From Mobula hypostoma (lineage: Eukaryota), in contig NC_086109.1 of the NCBI RefSeq assembly GCF_963921235.1, forward strand, positions 17,362,001 through 17,426,000: a DNA stretch of 64,000 nt. The letters run 5' to 3'. The position numbers were made by a program, and so were the translations under genes. Positions 38,686 to 49,980 of the stretch are shown one piece after another. The notes under the pieces are model-generated. The model searched no databases. It worked only from the letters and a program-made list of their open reading frames with translations, and was not told the DNA's origin. Every line of letters starts with the position of its first letter. The first letter of the stretch is position 1.

Positions 38686-40529
38686 TGAGGCTGAGCAGTC
38701 ATTACATGGCAGTGTGCCTGTGATGATCTGAATTACCTGAGCATGCCTGGAGGAATGGACAGAAATCAGACGACTGATCCTACCTCTGAATCCTTTACAA
38801 AAGGACTCTGTCCTAACGATAATATTGTAGTGGTCGGAAGGGAAAACAAAATTAAAACCTGAATAGTGTATGGATTTCAACAGGAAGCTATTTGAATTTA
38901 AATCTGAAGCTCTCAGATTCTTTGACCCTCCAGATGCCCAATTAAAATTGGGCTCTTTTCCCACAACTACCGAAACATACATTACTGCTGCGGAACTTAA
39001 TACTTCTGAGATATTTTGAGGTGGTTAAAGAATCATGATTTTGGTTGGGAGGGAAATGTCTATGAAGAAACACTACTAGACAAATAATGAGCTACACCAT
39101 AGTGAAATGAGTAAGGGTACAGAATTCATTCCTCCCTTTTGGGTACTGAGTCCAGGGGAAGCTTCAGGAATTGTTCTACATTCAAATATGGACAGCAAAA
39201 TGATTTGGGCATGAGTTTTCATCCGTACACAATATACAAATGAATATACACTTCTTACAAACAAAATAACTGGAAAGTAAAATTGTCAAAAACGGATTTT
39301 CAATAAGCTTAATCAGGAGTTATTTTATTCCCAGGATATTTGGCCCACAGTAATTCACTTCAGCTTCTATCAGTCCTGACTCCTAAGACCTGTCCAAGGA
39401 ATTCCTGGATACATTCACTTGCTTCCAGTCTAGACGAGAAGCTGAAAGGGGCAGTGAGTTGGTGATTTCATTTTCTCCCTGTTCTTCTGCTACTCCTAAA
39501 GGTGCTTATATTGCATAAGACTATTATTTATCAGTAGTGCTAAATGGTTATGCAGTTGGGAGTGGGGTGAAGGGAGTGAGGTTAATATGTCTGAGTCCTT
39601 TTTCAAATGTGTGTCAAGTGCAAGTATCTACTTCCCAGCAGGAGTGCACTTGACAGCGACAATATTGGTTAGAACTCATTGTCCCAAAGCCCTTTAACCA
39701 CTGTTTTTAAAAATAATATTTAACGTGAAGCCATGTGCACTATTGGCTTAGCTAATGAAGAAAAACAGATCAAAGGGTTTAAGGGCCATTTTGTAGGGTG
39801 TGAGATGGGTTTTGTCCCATCCTAAACAGACCCTCTAGGTTGAGGTTGGCTTTCATTTCAGCCTATAGGAATTAATTTGACTTTATTAGTGGCGGGGAAG
39901 GAAATATTTGGGTGGATGGTTTTTTGAGGGCTGTGGTGCATATCATCCTGCATTGCTTAACCTAAGCACATTCTTGTTGCCTTCCTGGATGCTCATGAAT
40001 TTCATTGGTAGCAGACTACACCTTCCTGTGAGTTAGTGAGCATGTAAGTGTTTTTTTTTTAAGATAGACGCTGAAAACATCCTTGAACTATTTTTCCTGG
40101 TCATCTCCTGGATGTATCCAATCTGGAGAATGTGCTAGAAAGGTCAGTGTCAGTGATTACAAGAAAAGTGCCTGTTTCAGAGATCTTTGTTTGTACATGC
40201 TGAAGATGTGGCCTTAGTGCTTAAGGATGTTTGTTAGGGTAAGGGCCCTTGTATTGGTTCACTTGACAAGAAAGAACCCAGGGTTTTGCAGAAAAGATAC
40301 TACCATGGATAGAGCATTGGCTGATTGGCAGGAGACAAAAAGTGGGAATCTTGTGGCTCATTATGCCCGTGCTGTTTAGGGCAGCAATGGCAGTATTCAG
40401 GGCTTCTTTCATCGTGTCAGTAACTTATTGGTTTTCACTCCTGTCAGTCATGCAAGTCCCGGGTGGAGACAGGAACACTGTCACACACGGATGTAGAAGG
40501 ATTCTTCATTGCTGTTTCCATAACAATAT

Positions 40530-40742
40530 TGTTTTACTGGTCAGGGTTGTTAGCCCTGAGCTGAACCCCCTAACCTAGAGGACTAGTAGACTACTCTCAG
40601 TCTCTCCTCTACCCTTTGACCCATCTGGCATGGGTAACCCTACCAAGAGCCAAAGCATAAAACCCTGACTCCAGCCAACATAGCTCTCTGGGTCTTTGAG
40701 ACATGCAAGCCTCCAAACCACGACAAGGTTATGGTCCTCTTA
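40530..40742 (-). mobile_element. RTE 5'-UTR-like fragment
   Basis: Minus strand ACCTTGTCGTGGTTTGGAGGCTTGCATGTCTCAA...GGTAGGGTTACCCATG resembles RTE/BovB-type 5' UTRs as recalled. Confidence 0.55.
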
Positions 40743-40744
40743 GA

Positions 40745-42000
40745 GAAAAGAGTAGGAATAAAGAGAGCCTTTTCTGGTCGGTTGCCAGTGACTAGTGGTG
40801 TTCCACTAGGTTCTGTGTTGGGACCGCTTTTTACATTATACGTCAGTGATTTGGATGACGGAATTAATGGCTTTGTGGCCATGTTTGTGGATGATACAAA
40901 GATGGGAGGTAGGGCAGGTAGTTTTGAGGAGCAGAGAGCTACAGGAGGACTTGGGTAGGTTAGGAGAATGGGCAAAGAAGTGGCAGTTGGAACACAGTGC
41001 AGGGAAGTGTATGGTTGTGCACTTTATTAGAAGAAATAAAAGTATAGACTATTTTCTAAATGGAGAGAAAATTCAAAACTGAGGCGCAAAGAGACTTGAA
41101 AGTCCTCATACAGGATTCCCCAAAGGTTAGTTTGCAGGTTGAGCTGGTGGTGAGGAAGGCAAATGCAATGTTAGCATTCACTTCAAGGGGACTAGAATAT
41201 AAAAGCAAGGTAGTGGATTCAGCCCAGTACATCATGGGTAAAGCGTTCCCAACCATTGAGTGCATCTACATGAAACATTGCCATAGAAAAGCAGTATTCA
41301 ATACCAAAGGTCCTCACCACCCAGGCCATGCTTTTTTCTCGCTGCTGCCATCAGATAAAAGGTACAGGTTCCTCTGCTAAGTATGCCTGCAGAAAAAGAA
41401 TCTCAGGATTGTTTGTGGTGGCATGTATGACTTCTGATAGTAAATTTTACTTTGCACTTTGAAGATGTATAAGGCACTGGTGAAGCCTCATTTGGAGTAC
41501 TCTGAGCCCCCTATCTAAGAAAGGATGTACTCACATTGGATAGGGTTCTATGTAGGGTCATGAAAATGATGGCGGGATTGAAAGGCTCATCGTCTGAGGA
41601 CCAGTTGATGGCTCTGGACCTGTACTTGCTGGAATTCAGAAGAACGAAGGGGGGCCTCATTGAAACCTATTGAATGTTGAAAAGCCTCGAGAGAGTGGAT
41701 GTGGAGAGGATATTTCCTATGGTGTGAAAGTCTTAAGACCAGAGCATCCAGCCTCTGAATAGAGAGACGCCCATTTAGAACAGAGATGAGGAATTCCTTT
41801 AGCTAGAGAGTGGTGAATCTGTGGAATTCATTCCCACAGGTGGCTGTGGAGGCCAAGTTATTGGGTATATTTAAGGCAGAGGCTGATAGATTTTTTTTAT
41901 TAGGGCATGAATAGATGGGGGAAGAAGTCAGGAAATCGTGGCTGAGAGGGAAATGAATCAGCCATGATGAAATGGTGGAGCAGACTTGATGGGCCAGATG
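40745..42000 (+). mobile_element. CR1 RT fragment with a nested Rex-like tail (~41205-41463)
   Basis: VTSGVPLGSVLGP.LF and FVDDTK motifs. The reading ..RGLEYKSK resumes as ..MYKALVKPHLEY after the insert. Confidence 0.8.
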
Positions 42001-42787
42001 GATTTGGAGAATTTTGGGGATGCAGTGTTGGTGAATCCCTCTGGTATTTTGAGAGTCCTATCTGCAGCAGACAGAAAGGTGGGGATTATTGCTTTCTACA
42101 CCAATGACTCTGAGATGTCTTCCCTCTACCTGAATCATATCATCCCTCTACCATAGTTGATATCATCTCATCTATGTTCTCCACTTCTCCTGTTACCCCC
42201 TTCTTTGGAACAATGCAAGGATGGACTGCAGTTTGAGGTTAGACTGACGGATCTTGAACAGTTTCCCATTCATTGTCTAGGCTAGCTTCTCTCCAGTGAG
42301 AAGCTTGTTGTCAGTGAGCAAGAAATATTAAGAGCACTGGAGAATGACACAGCCTATGTCTAGACTTGGATTGGATCTATGGTGAATCCACTGGTTGTCC
42401 ATGACGTGCATGTCCTCATGTAATAGATGGAATGGAGACAAATTTCTGAGGGCCATCAAATGCAGGAAGGCTTCTGCACACTTGACATTGTGGATGGGCT
42501 TGCAAGCTTGAAATGGCTATGAAAAGTGGTGATGCTGCTTCCTGCAATTAGTTTTTTTTTGGAAGTTGTCATATGAAGGATGTGTACGTTGGATTCTGTC
42601 CATCAAGGTCATAGTGATAAACTACTACAGCACAGAAGCAGGCCCTTCAGCCTGTCCAATCTGTGCCAAACAGGTTCAAAAGTTCAAAATAAATTTTGTT
42701 ATTTACAATCAAAGTATATATATATATAGATATATGTGTCACCATATACAACCCTGAGATTCGTTTTCTTGCAGGCATACTCAAATA

Positions 42788-43258
42788 GATTAGACTAGGT
42801 TATGAGGACACACAGTCCTCTTTTATTGTCATTTTGTAATGCATGCATTAAGAAATGATACAATGTTTTTCCAGAATGCTATCATGGAAACACATGACAA
42901 ACTGACTTAAAAACTATCAAAAACCACATAATTATAACACATAGTTACAACAGTGCAAAGCAATACTGTAATTTGATAAGAACAGACCATGGCACGGTAA
43001 AAGTCTCAAAGTCTCTCGAAAGTCCCATCATCTCACACAGACGGTGAACCTCCAGCACCGCCAACTTGCCGATGCAGCATCCTGGAAGCATCCGACCACA
43101 TTCCGACTGCGAGTCCGTCCAAGAACTCCGAGCCTCCGACCAGCTCTCTGACACCGAACACCGAGCACCATCTCTGCCGAGCGCTTCGACCCCGGCCCCG
43201 GCAACAGGCAATAGGCAAAGCTGAGGATTTGGGGCCTTCCCCTCCGGAGATTCTCCGT
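42788..43258 (-). mobile_element. CpG-rich SINE-like element nested in a reverse Rex tail (~42675-43550)
   Basis: Shares a ~200 bp 3' region with 45041-45566 (GACAC.CAGTCCTCTTTTATTGTCATTT.GTAATGCATGCATTAAGAAATGATACAAT). Confidence 0.65.
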
Positions 43259-45040
43259 AATAAATCCGTAATAGAATAATAACCATAATAGAATCAATGA
43301 AAGACTGCACCAACTTGGGTGTTCAACCACTGTGCAAAAGACAACAAACTGCAAATATTAAAAAAAAGAATAACAATAAACAAATGAGCAATAAATATCA
43401 AAAGCATGATGTAAAGAGTCCCCAGAAGCGAGTCCATCGTTTGTTTGAACATTACAATGATAGGCCAAGTAAAAACGAGTGAAGTCATTCCTTTTAGTGC
43501 AAAAGCCTGACAATTGAGGAGATGACTTTGCTCAACTTCACTTGCCCCATTAGGTGTACAGTCTGTGACTTGGAATTGCTTAGGTCACAGGAAGGTGATA
43601 GTTAAGGATGCTCTTTTCTATGACCCTTGGGCTGTCGCCAAAATCAGATTTGTCATCTTTCCTGAAGCTGGTGATGATATGAGGACATCTAATGTCCTTT
43701 CAGCCGAGAAAGGGGCAGGTTCTGAATTCACAGAAGAAGTTTGAAAGTGCAGATTTTAAATTCATAAGCAACTTTGTTATTTTGGGTTCTCCTCCTCCAC
43801 CTACTACTCTAAGATCAAGCTGCTGTTCAGGGAATACTTAGTAGCTTGTGCACTTTCGTGCCTTAGCAGCAAAAGTAAATTGCGTCTCGTATGACGGTAT
43901 CTCTCTGGCAAGCCAAGCGTACACCCAGTTCACAGGAAACTTTGTGTACTTTCTGACTGGAGGTTACAGGATAGTCAGGTCGCTTTCACTCTGTAGGGGC
44001 CATTTTTCACACTGCAAACAGTCCAAGGGTGTGTCTGTTCCATTTCCCAGTGTTTGTGGGTCACAGCTGCAAGATTTTCATCACGTATTTCCGTGATAGA
44101 AATAGTTTTGACTGCAGCTGCACTGTGGAAGGGATACATCACAAATTATATTATTTATTCAGAAGGATTTTAGCCAAAAAAATTTCTCCCTCTTTCCACA
44201 GTGTTTAACCATCCAAATACTGAGTACATTTGGAAAGATGTTTCCATTAGCAAGAGTGTCTAGGGTCTGAGGTCCCAGTTTCAGAATAAAGGGACATTCC
44301 TTGAAAATTGAGATGAGGAGGAACTTCTTCAGCCCAAGGGTGGTGCGTCTGTGGAATCCATTGCCATGAAAAGTTGTAGAGGCCAAGCCCCTTTATGTGA
44401 TTGCTCAGATAATTGAGGTTATGAAAGACCAGTTTGTTCTAATATTTGGATTACAATAATCAAGTTCTTTCACAATTGCAGGAGAGTGCCCTCAAGGTTT
44501 TGAAGGTCCTTTATCATGTCACTGGGCAAAGTAAGTTAACATTAACAGTGTAATGCAGGAGGAGCAGTGCAGCTATTTGAACGAAATGCTCAAATAAGTA
44601 CATTTGCCTTTAAATTTGGTCACACGGCATACCATTTTCAGTTGTGTGTCAAAGATATAAATTCCAGACTTCCTTTGCCCAAAATAAAAATTCCTTGTAC
44701 AAACACACAGATCATAAGAAAAGCACTGAAGTTTGAATAACTAAATTTCACTATAATTGAGACTGCTCAGTGTCAGGACTGGAAGCTCTATCCAACAGGC
44801 TGCAAGAGAGAAATTCTAAGGATGGAGACATAAGATATTCTGTGGATGCTGGAAATCTTGAGCAGTGCACACAAAATGCTGGAGATACTCAAAAGGTCAG
44901 ACAGCTCCTATGAAGGGAAATGATCTTTTAGGTCCAAACCCTTCAGGACTCGATGAAGAGTCCAAAACGTTGACTGTTCATTTCCCTCCATAGATGCTGC
45001 CTGCTGAATTTCTTCAGTTTTGTGTGTGTGTGTGTTTTGC

Positions 45041-45566
45041 TAGATTATAGATTATGAAGACACGCAGTCCTCTTTTATTGTCATTTAGTAATGCATGCAT
45101 TAAGAAATGATACAATATTTCCTCCGGTGTGATATCACAAAACACAGGACAGACCAAGACTGAAAAAAACCAACAAAACCACATAATTATAACATATAGC
45201 TACAACAGTGCAACAGTACCATAACTTGATGAAGAAGTCCATGAGCACAGTAAAAGTTCAAAGTCTGTCAAATGTCCCACATCTCACGCAGACGGGAGAA
45301 GGAAGAAAAACTCTCCCTGCCATACCTGATCACGGTCCGACTCTGAGTCAACCGAAAACTTTGAGCTCTGATCAGCTGTCCGACACTGAGTACTGAGCGC
45401 CATCTGTATCCGAACGATTCGACCTCCTTCTCGGTCACCAACAGCAGGCAAAGCTGGGGATTTTGAGGCCTTCCCTCCGAAAGATTCCCAACCGCGCGGT
45501 AACAATAGCAGCGAACGAGTGTTTCAGAAATTTTTCCAGATGTTCCTCTGTGCTTTCACGTCCCCA
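45041..45566 (-). mobile_element. Second copy of the CpG-rich SINE-like family
   Basis: Homologous to 42788-43258; (ATAATCT)n-type tail on the minus strand. Confidence 0.65.
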
Positions 45567-45805
45567 TGATTATAAAGATATGTCAAGTGGAGAGGAACTT
45601 TGTCATGTAATCAAATTAATGAAAATAGAGGATATGAGGAGATGTCAGTGGGAAATTTAGATTGTGGCTGATGGTACTTTCTCCATAATCCCAACTTTAC
45701 ATCATATCCTCGGAGCTCCTTTTAAAAACTGTCCAGTTCATTCTGTTTATCCAGCATAACCTTCAGAGGGGAAGTGAACCTGAGATTCCTTTACCACTGT
45801 GTAGT

Positions 45806-48800
45806 TGCTCATTGCTTGTCACACCAGACAGCCAGCCAGTCTAGTGTTGTTTGGTTGATGTTGAGCAGGTCAGTGTCAGCTAAATCAGGTGAGAGTGGGC
45901 AGTTGCGCAGAACGTGTTCAATGTTCTGCACCCTTTCGCCACACTCACAGGATTCGCTGGTCTTTAAATCCCACTTCACCATATTGTCTCCCGTCCTACA
46001 AACTTCCGCTCTCGCTCTGTTGAGAGTGCACCACTCCTATCTGACAACATTTCTGTGGGGTCTTGCACTGTATTGTTTGGTGGGGTTCTGGCTTCTGTTT
46101 GTTGCCAGAGGTCAATCCTGTATGTTTGGGGGGATGTTCCGTGCAGTAGTTCCTCCACTGTAGCAAAGCTTTTCCTCGATTTGAGGCAGTTGGAAACTGG
46201 CACATGATGATGTAGTGGGTGCCATGGATCTGAGTTCTGTTTACCTTTTTCAATTTTTGTTGTAGTGTGTCTTCAGATCTCTGGGGCAGCAATGCCTGCA
46301 AGTCTGTAAATGATGTTAGTGGGTGTGGGGCACAGTGTAGCCGTGATTATTCGGCAAGCTTCGTTAAGCAATGGGTCTATTTTCTTCTTCGCATGGACTG
46401 ATCTGCCCCACACAGGTGCACAGTATTCTGCAGGTGCATAGCAGAGTGCTAGGGCAGTTGATCTAAGCATGTGAGCATTAGCTCCCCATTTCGTGCCTGC
46501 TAATTCTTTTCAAGAGAGAATTGCGAGAGCCAACTTTCCCTCGGAGTTTTTGGATGTGAGTGGCAAATGAGAGCATCCTATCCAGTGTCACGCCCAGGTA
46601 AATTGGAGTTGGATGGTGTTTGAGCTCCTTCCCACACCAGAAGATCTTGCGTTTCTGAGCTGCTTCTCAATTCCTCAGGTGGAATGCACACACTTGAGTT
46701 TTTGATGGATTTTGGTTCAGAGACCATTTTTCATAATACTGCTTCATTGCTTCGAGGACTGCTGCCAAGAAGTCGTACTTCAACTTCTTGGAAGGAGTTA
46801 GCTTGTGTTGCTATGCATAAGTTGTCTGCATAGATAAACCTGCATGTATTAGGAAAGGTTGGTTGGTCGTTTGTGTAAACATTGAATAGTAGAGGTGCCA
46901 GGACTGATCCCTGTGGTAGTCCTTTCTTTTGTGGACACCACCTACTCTTAATTCCATTCATTTCTACATAAAGTCTGCGATTTTCTATGAGGCTTCTTAT
47001 TACTTTGACTATGCTTTTGTTCTTTAACATTTTCGATAATTTCAGTAGAAGGCCTCTGTGATTCACAGTGTCGTATGCTGCTGTTAAATCAATGAATACT
47101 GCCCCTGTAAAATGTCACATTTCAAAGTCATCCTCAATATACTGGGTTAAGTTCAGGACTTGACCACAACAAGAGCAGCCTGGCCTGAACCCGGCTTGGT
47201 CTGGTGTTAGAAGATCTCTGACTAAGGGGTATTTTTTTTCAGTATGAGTCTCGTAGAGTTTATAGAGGGTGCAGAACAAGGAAATCGGTCTGTAATTTTT
47301 AGGAATGTTGGGGTCTTTATTGGGTATTAGGAGAACAACAACTTTGGCTCTTCTCCACTTTTTAGGTATTTTTAATGATCTTAGGCAACAGTTTAAAAAG
47401 GGACAGAAGCCAGTGGAGTGCTTTAGGAGTTTAAGGAGTTCATTAAGAATCCTATCTATGCCAGCAGCTTTGTTGGATTTTAGCTGTGATACTTCATCCT
47501 TTAATTCTTCTAGGGTGAAGGGTGGGAAGTTGTTATTCCCGTCTGAGAGAGCTAACTCCATCTCCTGATGTTGCTTTTTCTTTTGCCTCCGTTCCTTGTT
47601 ATTTGGTCGACCATTTAGTATCAGTTGGTGGGCAACCTGATTGGGTGTTACGGCAGCAATTCTCTGTGGTGGTCTATTGTCTGAGTTGAGTTTCCGAACA
47701 GTTGCCTATGCCTTCTTACTGTTCTTGGTCATGTCTGTGTTTTCTATCAGATCCTGCCAACGCTGTTCTCTCTTGCCTCAGTAGGGACAGAACTGACTCT
47801 CCCATTTCAATTGTGTCTTGACCAAACGGGTCTTGGTCATATAAGTTGACATACTCATCATAACTTTGCTTGATTTCACTAGTCAATCCCTGAATATATT
47901 TGGTGTTGCAGCCTGTAGGTATGTTCTGCTGCGCTACTTTCCAGATTAGTCGGACCAATTCATCATAATGATCAGGTTCTGGTGGTATGGTATCGATAAG
48001 TTGATCAAGGGATTTTGCGAAAGATGTCCAAGTCGTTTTTCTCAGGTTAAATCTTGGTAGGTACTTTGATGGTACAGGTCTCAGAACTGGAAGGGATTCT
48101 ACCTGGACTGAATGGTGTTGCGATTTGGGTATATTTGAGAGAACTGTTCGTGTGAAGAGGTTGGAGCTTGCCAAGGTAACAAAGGCAAGGTCTGGGTTGT
48201 ATCCTTTCCTCCATCTGGCACTTGTGAAGGTAGGGGTGTCCTTTGACTCGTATAGTAGCTCAAGGCTGTTGTTTAGAGCCCATGATACAACTTCTTCTCT
48301 ATTTGCATTGTCATCTTCGTATCCCCAGTTGGTGTTATGGCTATTAAAGTCACCAATAATGAGGTACATTTTCTCCTGGAGATCTAGGTTAAGTGGCCAC
48401 ATGAATGGTTCATTAGGGGGTATGTAGACCGAGATGATTTTTATGTGTTTTGTTTCAACTTTCAGAAGTTCCATTGAGCCAGCTTGGATGTTTGCTGTGC
48501 TCATTACTATAGATTTATCTTTAACAAAGATTGCACTTTCATAAGTTTGGCTAGGGGTGTCAATAGCCAAGTGCATTCCTGGCACATAGGGTTGGTTGTT
48601 CAGCCTAAGAGTTTCTTGTATGCACAAGATGTCCAATTTTAAGTTTGCCAGGATTTCTGCTTAACGATGGCTGAAGCCTTCGACGTTGCGGCTAACGATT
48701 TTCATGATTTCCAGTGGGCCAGAGGTTTATCCTTTTACCACCCACTGGATCATTTGGTCTAGCGCGTAATGTCAGGATTGGTCTCCTTTCGGATTAACAG

Positions 48801-48831
48801 GGTCACGGCGTGAACGTTCCTGACTTGACCC
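45806..48831 (-). mobile_element. Full-length Vingi/Ingi-like non-LTR retrotransposon (APE-RT-CCHC single ORF, inactivated)
   Basis: MKIVSRNVEG..DILCIQET, GDFNSH, FTSARWRKGYNPDLAF, YRPISL, QAGFRPG, PQGSVLAPLLFNVY, YADN, ALALCY.PAEYCAPVW and CECGE....EHVL..CP motifs. Disrupted ORF ~48705-45809; 14-bp TSD TACCACTGTGTAGT (45792-45805, 48832-48845). Confidence 0.88.
48771..48831 (-). ncRNA. HDV/CPEB3-like self-cleaving ribozyme at the 5' end of the LINE
   Basis: Minus strand GGGUC AA GUCAGGA ACG UUCACGC CGU GACCCU GU UAA UCC GAAA GGA GA CCAA UCCUGAC gives P1, P2, P3, L3, P1.1, P4 (GAAA loop) and J4/2 in canonical order. Confidence 0.8.
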
Positions 48832-49139
48832 TACCACTGTGTAGTAAAGAAATACTTATATAAAAAAAAATTCTCAAATTAGTTCATCAGAATCGGGTTA
48901 CTGACGTGTGTCATGAAATTTGTTGTTCCAGTGAATATATTATGTTGGTGAACAGTATAGTTATCATAACCCCATTTTAATTCCATCACCAGAAAATATA
49001 ACAAATTTATCTAACCTTTTTTAAACACCTTCCTCAAATGACTCCTCAGTCTTCAATACTCCATTCATGAGTAGGATGGTTAAAACAAAATCTAAACAGG
49101 GATATGCAGCAGTCAAATCAAATATTAATTGCATCTCTC

Positions 49140-49420
49140 ATTTCAAGTGCTTGGAAATAGGTACCGAGGGGATGTCAGGGGTAAGTTTTTCACACAGAGA
49201 GTGTTGGGTTCGTGGAATGCACTGCCAGTGGCAGTGGTGGTAGCAGATACTGAAGGGTCTTTTAAGAGCTTCTTAGATAGGTACATGGAACTTAGAAAAA
49301 TAGAGGGGTATGCACTCGGGTATCCTAGGCAGTTTCTAGAGTAGGTTACATGGTCAGCACAACATTGTGGGCTGAAGGGCCTGTAATGTGCCGTAGATTT
49401 CTATGTTCTATATTCTATAA
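49140..49420 (+). mobile_element. CR1 3' tail
   Basis: FFTQRV..WNALP remnant and TTCTATG tail; near-copy of 9340-9605. Confidence 0.75.
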
Positions 49421-49675
49421 GAAATGTATTGTCTGTAAAATTGTTGAAACGTACCTAAATCATGAAAAGTGCCACATAAAACCAAATACTTTATTTTTTT
49501 TAAAAAAAGGTTGAGACAATTGTGGGAATTCATTGCCGAAGTTGCAAGAAACTTAGGATTAACACTTGGACACTGATCAAAAGAAATCAACAAGTTTAGC
49601 ACAAGATTTGAAAGGAATAACCTAAAAGTAATTTACTTCCATCAGTAGAGACAAAAGACACAGCAGATGCTGGAA

Positions 49676-49980
49676 CACACATCAAAGTTGCTGGTGAACG
49701 CAGCAGGCCAGGCAGCATCTATAGGAAGAGGCGCAGTCGACGTTTCAGGCCGAGACCCTTCGTCAGGACTAACTGAAGGAAGAGTGAGTAAGGGATTTGA
49801 AAGCTGGAGCCCAGCTTTCAAATCCCTTACTCACTCTTCCTTCAGTTAGTCCTGACGAAGGGTCTCGGCCTGAAACGTCGACTGCGCCTCTTCGTATAGA
49901 TGCTGCCTGGCCTGCTGCGTTCACCAGCAACTTTGATGTGTGTTGCTTGAATTTCCAGCATCTGCAGAATTCCTGTTGTT
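49676..49980. mobile_element. Non-autonomous Penelope-derived hairpin element with two hammerhead motifs
   Basis: ~134-bp arms (49674-49807 / 49811-49944) around a 3-nt loop AGC, with one mismatch seen. TSD AGCAGATGCTGGAA (49662-49675, 49981-49994); hammerheads at 49735-49770 (-) and 49848-49883 (+). Confidence 0.88.

Noticed and set aside
48706..48740. Possible 2A-like peptide upstream of the LINE ORF (TSGP)
   Set aside because: It lacks the D(V/I)ExNPGP consensus and is preceded by an in-frame stop.
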